Assembly (NCBI GenBank): GCA_040954595.2
Contig: CM082584.2
Span: forward strand, 12,058,875 to 12,122,874
DNA from: Balanoglossus misakiensis
Lineage: Eukaryota > Animalia > Hemichordata
Direction: 5' to 3'
Length of the DNA stretch: 64,000 bases
Below are positions 1 through 20,952 of the stretch, piece after piece. Made by a program: the position numbers and the translations under genes. Within the stretch, counting starts at the first letter, position 1, and every line of letters begins with the position of its first letter. The notes under the pieces were generated by a model. The model was not told where the DNA came from. It made no database searches and worked only from the letters and a program-made list of their open reading frames with translations.

Positions 1-2
1 CC

Positions 3-494
3 GACGAGAAATGTCTGCAAGTAGATCCCATGCAAACAGTGCTGGAGTGTAAAGAGTTGTACGAAGAGAGAACGGAGATACCGTGGAGCCAAATAGAGTG
101 CGTTTACGATGGACAGATCATGGAGAACAATTTGACTCTCCTGGACTACAAAGTCACAGCCTCCTCCATCGTCCATGTCGTTTTCAGACACTTTCCAATC
201 TTCATCTGGACGCAACAGCACAAGTTCTACAGCATGCGAGTGAACGCCAAAACCACGGTTTTGGAAATCAAGGCGAAAATCTACGAACACGAAGGCGTGG
301 AAATTAAAGAGCAACGGCTGGCGTACAGAGATTTTGAAATGGAAAACGACATGGAACTGGCGTATTACCATGCTGCCAAACCCAACGCCGTGTTTCGTCT
401 TTTATTGAACGGGGTGCCTTTGCCTACGGGCGATCAGCGCAGTGATGTCGCTCGGAAAAAAGCTACCGAGCCGGAACAGTGTACAATCCTCTGA
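3..494 (+). CDS. Tandem ubiquitin-like domain protein with C-terminal CaaX box (5'-partial)
   Basis: The frame is open from base 3 (DEKCLQVDPMQTVLECKE...). It holds two ubiquitin-fold repeats: 'TVLECKELYEERTEIPWSQIECVYDGQIMENNLTLLDYKV' and 'TTVLEIKAKIYEHEGVEIKEQRLAYRDFEMENDMELAYY', compared with ubiquitin [40 protein letters not shown]. It ends ...EQCTIL*. The true start is probably upstream of the window. Confidence 0.85.
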   Translation, partial: DEKCLQVDPMQTVLECKELYEERTEIPWSQIECVYDGQIMENNLTLLDYKVTASSIVHVVFRHFPIFIWTQQHKFYSMRVNAKTTVLEIKAKIYEHEGVEIKEQRLAYRDFEMENDMELAYYHAAKPNAVFRLLLNGVPLPTGDQRSDVARKKATEPEQCTIL

Positions 495-1058
495 AAAGGT
501 GACCTCATTCCTGGTTCACACAGCGCCAGCAATTCGTGTCGATTGCGCCACGCCATCATGATGGTGTCACTTCCCGATATAAACATCTGACGTAGCATTT
601 ACACAAAGGGTTGGAGACAATTCTTGTTTTTCAAGCTGCAAATTGCACAAGTCCAGTCTATTTATATATTTATTTATTAATTTATTAATTTATTTACTGA
701 CTATCTGAACAAAATGTCATGCGATTTGACTTCCGTCTGACACGCACAAAAATTAAATTCTGAAGACGATGTGGTATTGTTCATATTTTACATACCTCAC
801 ATGGTAATATATACTATTGTTTTTAAACATGTGGTATACTATTATAATGTAATGGCGATAGTTGATATTTTGTATGCCATCTCATTCACGAACAAAATGT
901 AGGTCAAATGGTATTGATTGATTTTTTCAGGGTGTACCTTAAGTTTTTAGACATTCACCAAATTTCTATTCCGCCGGGAATTTGTTATGTACATATTTGT
1001 CGAGAGACACCCAACAGCACAATCTGATTATTGGCCTAATCAGCAGGTGTAGAGTTGG

Positions 1059-1127
1059 GCGCCAAGACAGGGAACAGAACAGCCAAGAGAGAGAACAGAA
1101 CAGCCAAGACAGAGAACAGAACAACCA
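1059..1127. repeat. 21-bp minisatellite, ~3 copies
   Basis: gccaagacagggaacagaaca / gccaagagagagaacagaaca / gccaagacagagaacagaaca / accaa. Confidence 0.9.
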
Positions 1128-2564
1128 AAACAATCATGAAAGCTATAAGACAGCTCCTAACTCTACATCTGATTTTCATCAGATTGCCCGACAGCATTGC
1201 CAAACCTTACCACAGAGGAGCAATTCGTCTGATGGAAGCGTTTTGCGTGGCCATTTTAGAGATGATTGTTCTAAGAATTGAACGAAATAAGCGCACAAGC
1301 CTGGGAAAGCCATCTCAGTGACGTCATTGTTATGTAAATATGACAAAATGCCTGTCCAGAGACGATGACGTCTCCTAGTGACGAAACGCACAAGTTGTAC
1401 TCTTTTTAACTAAATGCACAAAAATAATTAAAACGCACAAAAAGACAAGTAGCCAAGTATTATTACATGGATTTTCAAGACACCGAATTGAATACAGACA
1501 AACAACAATTGACGAAGGCATCCGTACTGGATACAGCCTGGTGTCTGGTCTTTATAAAACAATTAAATAAAATTTGATAAACGTGATTCTTATATTCTGA
1601 GTGGTCAAGTTAGTTATTACAACTATTATTCTGATCTTGAATATATTGAATAGTGATCGGTAATTTATTAATTTTATTGTTTGCAGTTTTGTTGGGAATT
1701 TTGAATTGATTCATGGTGATGTGTATATATATTTCATGTTTATCGTGTTTTTTTTATTTATTTTACTGTTCAATAAATGTTATTTGATGTGCTAATCAGC
1801 ATCTTAAGTGCGTTTTCTTCAATAACAAATGGATGCAAAACGACAAGTACACCGCTGGGAGGTAGTTGTTTGCACACACGACTGTACCTTACATTCTACG
1901 CTGCGAGGCTGATCATTTGAAACTACGGATAATTTGAACCCAATAATAGATTGGTGTTAATTTCACACGGCGAGATATTATCCATGGAGCAACTCTCGTA
2001 GCCTGGCAATTTGCCAGGGGGGCATCCATCTTTGATAGATTATTTGAATAAGTGAAATAGAAGTCGTAACTCTTATGGAACTTTCTCTGTGTACTTTGTA
2101 TAATTGCGTCACTGGGGATTCGGTCACGGTGACCTTGACCAGAATTTCGCGTTATAGCACAACAACCACAGAATTTGATATCAGTGGAGAACGCATGGAA
2201 TAATTGTATAATTATAATATACGTGCTCTTCTTTCAGCCTCTTTCGTCTCTTAGTATTTTCAAATGGCAATTTCAAGCCACAGTGACACATAATCGTACA
2301 ACTCTACTGAGATGACCACCTTTGTAAGAGAAGAAAAACATTTGCCTCCTCACACAATTACTCCATTCATCAATTTAGAAATCTTTATTGAACCCAGAGA
2401 CAATCCACTGTGTATAATTTCACACGTAAAATATTGAAGAAATGGCCAGAACAATCTACAAAAAAATTCTACATTTAAATACAATAATATAAATAATTCT
2501 GCTTGAAAGACGACGAGAGTTCTTGGCCTAGATTAAAAGAAAATAAAAATTATTTAAAGCACGT

Positions 2565-3296
2565 TTAATGAGGAGAGCTTGAACTGGAAGTAAAGGCGTT
2601 GGCGCGTGGAGACGGGGGCAAACGGGGTCTGGGAGTGAAGAAGTCCGCCGGGTTCTGAGTACCAATTGTTCGGTCGTGGTGTGCACGCGATGGCAAGACA
2701 TGGTACGGCAAAACCGATCGGGTGCCAGCCAGGAGGTAGTCTTGGACGCTCGCCATCTGTATCATGGATGCTTGTCGTTGAAGCGCCAATAGTTGTGATC
2801 TCAGGGCGTTGTTCTCAGCCGACATTTCGAAAAGTTTACATTCCATCATCGCTTCGCGCAGTTGTCTCTTTTCCCGGGACTTTTTGGCAGCTTCGTTGTT
2901 CTTCCGTCTCCTCTCCCAGTATGTGTTGTCTTTCTTCTCGTGGGGGACGAGCTGTCGCCGACGTCTGCACCCTTTGGTGCTTGAAAACGGTTTTGTAGGG
3001 ATGCCGTGCTGTACGAGGGTCTGGCGTTTTTCAGCATCGCTGTGAAGAGGAGTTTCAGGAGCACTCTCGTTTGGCCTTGTGGTGGCGCCGTACGCCAAGC
3101 TGCTCGCCAACATCAGGCTTGGAATTTGCGCAGGTCGATGCAACGTCGACAAAGATGGACCCAGGTGGCCTGCCATCGATGCTGTAATTGGCGGGAGCTG
3201 ATAGAAGGATGCAGTCTCCGGCATATTGACCAGCAGCCGGCCGGGGTTCGCTCTGCGCGCTCCAGCCTCCGCGGATTCAGAATCAAGCCTTTGCAT
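2565..3296 (-). CDS. NFIL3: NFIL3/E4BP4/vrille-like PAR-related bZIP transcription factor, 243 aa, single coding exon
   Basis: The basic region [60 protein letters not shown] resembles NFIL3 ([34 protein letters not shown]). The likely ATG at 3296 follows an acceptor (exon starts 3309). AATAAA on the - strand is at 2384-2389. Exact orthology is not certain. Confidence 0.85.
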   Translation of the reverse strand: [243 protein letters not shown]

Positions 3297-3577
3297 CGTT
3301 AGTGAGTTCCTGTCGACGGACACAAAGCAGATAACGTCACGCGTTGCCACGATCACGGATAGACTAAAAAGCCCATCATGGTTTACACGCGCTGTGATGG
3401 GTGCGTGCCAAATTAAGCAAATCAATACAACCCAAATTATTTCAGAAACGGGAGTAAAACTAATAGTTTTGCCATATCCTGAAACACACAGACGCGTACA
3501 CCTGTTAAATTTTGTCTTTCATCTTAAAAACCACTGCAGATGTGCATGACAGTGCAGGTAACTATTCGCTTACTTAC

Positions 3578-3716
3578 ATGGAAACGTCCAAACTCCCGCA
3601 ACTGAAACCAAAAACGTTGATTCGCTTCAGTCTTTGTGTCTGGTTGCAATAGCTGCCAATGCGGATGCCACCGAAGAAAACTGACGGTCTTGACTCCAGA
3701 CTTGGGTCTTTTTATA
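3578..3716 (-). promoter_or_regulatory. NFIL3-like core promoter and non-coding first exon
   Basis: On the - strand: TATAAAA at 3716-3710, Inr-like TCAGTT at 3684-3679, and donor CAT|GTAAGT with the exon ending at 3578. A non-coding exon 1 plus a single coding exon is the vertebrate NFIL3 layout. Confidence 0.65.
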
Positions 3717-4201
3717 AGCGCCGGTTGTCAGTTGTTTCAAAAACACCAATAAAAGCGTTTCCCATGCTTTTGTTTCATGTCAGTATATTCATTTGTTTCA
3801 CAGTATACATTTAATATATTCCAATCTCTTTCATCGGCCATGTAAATATTCTTGGCAACATAACGTTCGGTTACGTTCAGAGATAGAGAAACGGTCGTAA
3901 GCCATGTCCTGACATGCCCGCGCGGTTTCCCCAACTTCGACGAGAGCAGGATCAACATTTACAGATCCTCATCAACGGAAAGGTTTAGACACGTGCGCGT
4001 GTCCGACTCATTGTCCATTGAAGATTCTTTGAATGGAAATTAAATGAGATCCAGAATGAATTCAATCGATGACAATGCCGTGCCAAAAGCGATTTAAAGG
4101 AGAGTGTGCACGGTTGTGAACAAAACACGATCAACAGACAATCATATGTATAATTGCCCTAATTTGACTTTCTGTATTGTGATATTTTTATCGTCAAGCG
4201 C

Positions 4202-4487
4202 ATCTCTCTGCCTCTGTCTCTCTCTCTCTCTCTGTGTCTCTGTTCCCCTCCCCTCCCCCTCTCTCTCTTTAGGGCGTCAAACGCATCCATCTCTTCTCTT
4301 TTGATTCCCTCCTCCTCCTGCCCCCTCTTCCTCCATCTACTCCTTCCCTCCCTCGCCCATCTCTCCCCTCACGTCTCTTCCCACCTCTTCTCTTCCCCTT
4401 TCTCCGTATTATCACTCTCTTCCACTTTCCTCACTCCCCCTCCCCCTCTCTTCTCAGCGCCCTTCCCCTCTCTCTCTTCCCTCTCTT
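4202..4487. repeat. Polypyrimidine/polypurine (CT-rich) low-complexity tract
   Basis: ~285 bp of almost pure C/T on the + strand, including (CT)n runs. Confidence 0.9.
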
Positions 4488-4769
4488 GGCAACTTCAAGA
4501 ACAGCAAGTGGACAGTCCAGATCATTGCTGGATATGTTCACACATTTCATTATGAGAGAAAGTTTAAGACTTTGAATTTCGAGGTACGAGCAATTCAACG
4601 AAACGCCCGGCACGTATTTGTTCTAACGGTTTTATCATTCATTAACACCGGCTTTTGAAAAGGGATGTTGCGGTCGGCATTGAACACGAGCGTGGTCGAG
4701 TGGACCGTATATTGTTTGCGCGACGGTGACTTTGTGTATATCGATCGTGGGAATAGATCACTAGTAGAC

Positions 4770-4779
4770 GTTACGTAAT
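4770..4779. promoter_or_regulatory. D-box (PAR-bZIP/E4BP4 site)
   Basis: GTTACGTAAT is a perfect match to RTTAYGTAAY and lies ~1.1 kb upstream of the NFIL3-like TSS. Confidence 0.45.
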
Positions 4780-5807
4780 TCTGTTTGCCCCCACCCCGGA
4801 TCGAGTTAGTACCGAAGTGAGCAGAGCAAGTTGAACGACGGGCTTTCCGCAAAATACAAATCGAACGACTTCGGCCTATAAGCTTATCTTGAGATAAAAA
4901 ATTAAGCTTTAAATGATATCAATTGATGATCTTTTTATCCCGTATCCAGCGATAGAAATGCAAACGGCACGTTTTGCAATTTCAGTGGCGACTCGCGTGT
5001 TCAATGTACAGTTGTTGTTTTGCTTTATTATTTTGTTTTTGTTTGAACGTACGTACGTAAATCTTTTCGCCTGGAGGGACCGTGAACAGCGCAATTGATC
5101 ATTCATTCATACATGTCTTTTTAAAATATCATTTATAGAGCCCTGATAAGACCCGCCGCGTCAGTGCTGGCAGATGTCGGCCAGGCTGTGCTCTTTGATT
5201 CAATGAACAGACAATTCTAGAAAGCAAAACGTGTTTAAACAGGAAAAATCGCGACGATTTATTTTTCGTAATATTGAGATGGGGCGTATACCCCTTTGTA
5301 ATCGAGAACGATTATTGTTCTCCCTAATCGCACACGCCGAGTCCACTCTCCAATGGACGAGTCGCGTTTGATCCGGGATGCGGTTGCCTCTGGCGAAAGT
5401 GCGCTTTCAGGCACGGAGCTACCACAGACCTGGCAACGATTTCAACTTGATATTTGGTGTGTTTTTAAAAATGAAAATGACATTTCAATTTTCAATATAT
5501 CGCATTACCCCCTCTCCCTTACCAAAGAAATGTCTCCAAATATTTACTGTTGAAGCTTTAAATTTGTACCTTCAAAATAAAACGTGCAAACGCGTTATTA
5601 ATCAGGCCGGGTGTCCTGGAGATGGATACCATGGAGATGGATACCATGGAGATGAATATTAACCAAGCATGACACAGTTGTGGCCAGGCTGGTATTCGCA
5701 CGCAGAAAATACTGAGCGTCGAAGCAGAGAGATGTGCGGAGCAGGCATGGCCAGTTAGCCGGATAAGAAGTCAGCACCGCTACCACACGTCTACAGAAAC
5801 TGTGAAG

Positions 5808-16793
<10,986 letters not shown>

Positions 16794-17069
16794 CCTTCAA
16801 GTTGCCATATTATAATACATTTGTAATATTGAACTTTTTTCATCACAAATATCGTTATAAATTATTCACCGGGGGATTAATAAAGATCGTGGCCCATAAA
16901 AATAATTGTGTTTTCTTAACAAGGATCCTTACCTTCGCTTACTCCGCCACTCAACTACATTGGATGGAGCATAACATTCTCCATCCAAGACATCCTCCGT
17001 CCGTCCGCTGGGTGATTTCCGAACTGAACGGATTGGTCTACATACCCCAAGTATTTAAATTTCTATTCA

Positions 17070-17530
17070 TCAGACTTCTACGTGTAGGTCATCAACTTCC
17101 CCTAAGTAGAAAACACCAGATGTATACATATCAATATGCAAATGGGGAAAAACCCAGTCATCCATAACCCGTTGCAGTCTGGGTGATGCGGTCGTGTTCA
17201 ACTGTTTTATTGATAAAAATATACCGAATTCTTTCATTACGTCAGATATAAATTGGGTTCCCAAGTCAGAAATATCTTCTTGGGGTATGCCCACCCTACT
17301 ATATATATATTCCAGAGCTTCAGGTACCCCATCAGTGGAAATACGCCTAAATTGAACAGCTAGCTTCTGGATAGCGAGTGGCATGATAGTTAATCAGGGT
17401 CAAAATTTATCGACGTCCACACACAGTTACATGACCAGTTGGGCCAATTACACCGACTGCAACTCTTTTTAAATGAGACCTTGTAGTACTTAAACTATCC
17501 TACCTTTTGGTACTGTTCGTTGACAATTGG
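17070..17530 (-). mobile_element. Degenerate Ty3/Gypsy LTR-retrotransposon integrase remnant
   Basis: The - strand encodes 'CQRTVPKGRIV' (end of the integrase zinc finger) and then 'EALEYIYSRVGIPQEDISDLGTQFISDVMKEFGIFLSIKQLNTT', which matches the rve core (IFSRVGIP.EILTDQGTQF.S.LMKE...LL.IKQL.TTPYHP). It is broken by stops and frameshifts, and I saw no LTRs. Confidence 0.8.
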
Positions 17531-18075
17531 AGCTGGCCAGTCTCACACTGGAACTGACATCTCTCACACCGGAGGTGGCTGAACAAAACTTTCTTTGCCT
17601 CATGCCCTGGCTGGCATGAGAATTTTCAGTGAGTTAGGTGGTACGGACTCCTGTGTTACGCGAAAGGGAACTTGGCGATTGACACCTGTTGCGTTTTCTG
17701 TGTACATTTCGTGTTTTAATATGTGCTTAATGTGTCTGGCAGTTTCTGCTTAGTGCGTCTGACAACCCTGCTTTTGCCTTGATCACGAGGAGACGGCATA
17801 GTACATATGGAAGGACGTTAAAGTAGCATTGCACTGGATAATTTGAAACCTACACACTGATAAAACTTTCACTAGTAGCACTGGACCAAGGTCTCCGGGG
17901 CGGAAATTCCTGTGGTTTTGTCGCGTCAGTGAGAGACGTGTCAACAAGTCAAACGTGGGCGATGAAAGTAGTCTTAAGTTCTGTGCATACTTTTTGACGC
18001 GATCACACCTAACGTCACCTTTTAGACAGCAGAATTCTGTATTATATCACACATAATTTGCTTTGGACGTCGGCA

Positions 18076-20952
18076 ATGGCGACCGATTCTGAAATCCAAT
18101 TACGTGAGCTAGCTGACGACCCCGACGAGGTGACCCCGAATGAACCCGAGTCGGCGGAAACGGAGTCCGAATCCAGCTTAACTGTCGACAGTAGCAGCGT
18201 TGATGCAACGGACGGGCCAAACCAGCAAACAGGTAATATGTGGGCGACATTATTATTGAATAACAAAAAATACTTTACATGTTTGGGAAACCTAATACTA
18301 CCGGGAAGGAAGTTGACGCGTATGCGTTTACTTACTTTCCCTCATAAATGACCCATTTGGAAAGTGTGAAGTCAGATTTCGCATAAACGTGAAATTAGGC
18401 GCAACTTGAGATTTTGGAGTGATGGAAACAGAGTATCTTCATCGGGATCATAGCCAGCGATCAGTGTGGTTCGAGCCAGTGGTCATTGTTGTGCAGGGAT
18501 TGAAAGACCCAGATTCTGATGATGATGGTAATATACTAGACTGTATCATAATGTCCAGCATTAGCAACAAAGTAACGTTTATTTGAAACGTAGCAATTTT
18601 TTTCTTTAATGGCCCTGATATCAGGCCTGGGACACGTGGCAGAGTATATGATATGTCCCATTAGGCCATTGTAATGATACTAATCTGAAAATTTTGCATA
18701 CTGCTGACTGTTTTATGCTTTTCCATTACCTGCAACTTTTGTTTTTTCTTTGCCAGGAGGTACCAGTTTTTTATCCTCAGACATTACCTACGTTGGTGAT
18801 ATACAAGTTGGCCTAGAAATATACTTTTAGTAACACGAAACATTTCCACTGGAATGTGGAATCTGTTGTGATGCTAATTTAGAGCCCAAGGCTCCTTTTG
18901 AAGTACTTTGTGTCCACTCAACCTATTTATTGATCTTTTCAGTACAGTTACCAAAAGAAAGTAATCAGGCTGTGTTTCATTAAATGGTAACAAGGGTTTC
19001 TATACTTATTGCACCTCATTATGTCATCTGAACCTTCAGAGACTGATGTCATGACAGTCACACACAGAATAAGAAACAGCAGTTTTGCAATTTAGGCAGA
19101 AGAGATCGTGTTTCCAATGAGGTCGAAGGTCAACAGACTGCACTTATTTCTCAAGTATCAGTAGCTAGTTCTGTTTACTATTAATACTCTGTGTTTCTGT
19201 GGCATGGCGATGATTATGTCATTCTTGCTAGATCTTAAATTTAAAGACAAGGGAAGTGCACATTTTGCGTATCAAATCGCTTCTTGTAGCACTCACGATC
19301 GTTGTAATTTTCAACTGTGGATTGTGGGCATACACATTTTGCGGGCTTTTCTGGGACCGCTTTATTTTCTGACCCTTTTTTCGATGTTTTTTTCCCTCGA
19401 TAAATTTGCTCTTATTGTTACTATTTGTGCAGACATAGCCACTTTGGACAGTGATTCTGCATCAGGATTGTCAGCAGAGTGGTCAGAGAATCCATTTGAA
19501 ACAAGGTAATTATAACATCAATCTTGTTTTGAAATAGGACGGAAATAAAAACAAATATGTGCTTATTTGTTCTGAAAATTGGCTAGAGTTACCCCAGGAA
19601 TCTATGCAACCAAAGAAAAGTCCATTGAAAAAGCTGGAAGTGAAACCCATCTCTTCCTGGCATTTGCATTTCCGAGGCAAGGAAGGACATTCCGTGGCAT
19701 TTCTGTTTTTGTGAATTGACCATATTTCAGCACTCTTTGGGTGAACCAGAAAGCCATTCTTTTTGTGTAGGTGCATTGACCTGGAGAAAATATTTCCTTT
19801 ATATACCAAGACGTGCTAGTTCAATTGCTGTAAATGTCATCTCCAAATAACCACCATATGAGGACATCGACCTAAATACAAAAGACTTTTATTTTGTTAT
19901 TGGAATTCTAGTGAAATTAATCCATTTTGTGCCAGCTCTCTTGTCCTTAGAATCATGGGTTGGCCAATACATCATGAATCAAATGAACCATGCATAACTG
20001 ACATTGACCTGATAAGCAGGGATTATTTTCAGTCATGGGGGTCAAGTAGTCATTTAATTTTCTGTATTTATCCCATATCAAGTTGGTGGTACTAGGCTGG
20101 TATTAATAACACATGTTGATTATCAGTGGACACGCCTTTCAAATCTCATGACTATTTAGATAAAAATAGAAAAAAAAAATATTTGAGCATCTGTCACATC
20201 TGTTAGGTATGATACATGCTTAATGTTTTCTGTCAGTCTCACTATAATATATGTCTTTTATATATTTATAAATTGCCTTTTATTTTTGGTTAGTTATTTA
20301 ATTAGAGAGGGATTTCATTTGTTTGCAGGAGGGTGGAGTTAGAAGAAGGACGTCGTGGCTTTGGTTTTAGTCTTTCAGGGGGTGTGATGTCACCACTTGG
20401 ACATGTACCACTCTTTGTGGCTAGTGTGGATCCCCACGGCCCGGCTGCTAAATCAGGAATGCTACATGTAGGTGGAATCATATCCCATGAAAAAAAATAT
20501 ACACTCTATGATTCTTTGGGTGTGTCAGCACATTTGGATAGTTTGCTTAAAGTTATGTGAACTATTGTTCAATCATTCAGTGTGTCTCTAATTTGACTGA
20601 AAACTTTCCTAAAAGTGTCAGGGAAGACAGGCATTCTATTCAAATTCGAAAGGATATAAATCAAGAAGTAAAATAGTTAAAGAGGTTGAAGAGGGCACAT
20701 AAATGTTTGCAACGAGAGCCCAGTGTTTCTGAGGGTCAGGTCAGGGTATTTACCTGTGAGTCACTGACCACATTAAAATTTACATGCTTTTCATTTCAGC
20801 CTGGTGATAGGATTGTCGCTATTAACGGCCAAACTATGGAAGGGAAAACCCATCGAGATGCTGTGATTGCGATTAAGATTGCCTGTGGACCAATAACATT
20901 GGATGTGACACAGGGAGAAGAGAATATTTTAGATTTCATCGTCATGGATTAA
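18076..20952 (+). CDS. Small protein (173 aa) with acidic N-terminus and a single PDZ domain resembling the late PDZ domains of MPDZ/PATJ
   Basis: Exons 18076-18232 (phase 1), 19433-19505, 20329-20467 and 20800-20952 join in frame. PDZ: 'RRGFGFSLSGGVMSPLGHVPLFVASVDPHGPAAKSGMLHPGDRIVAINGQTMEGKTHRDAVIAIK'. An alternative first exon is at 18422-18527. Confidence 0.85.

Noticed and set aside
982-1391. ORFs with QDREQNS-type repeats
   Set aside because: These are translations of the 21-bp minisatellite with non-ATG starts and no splice context.
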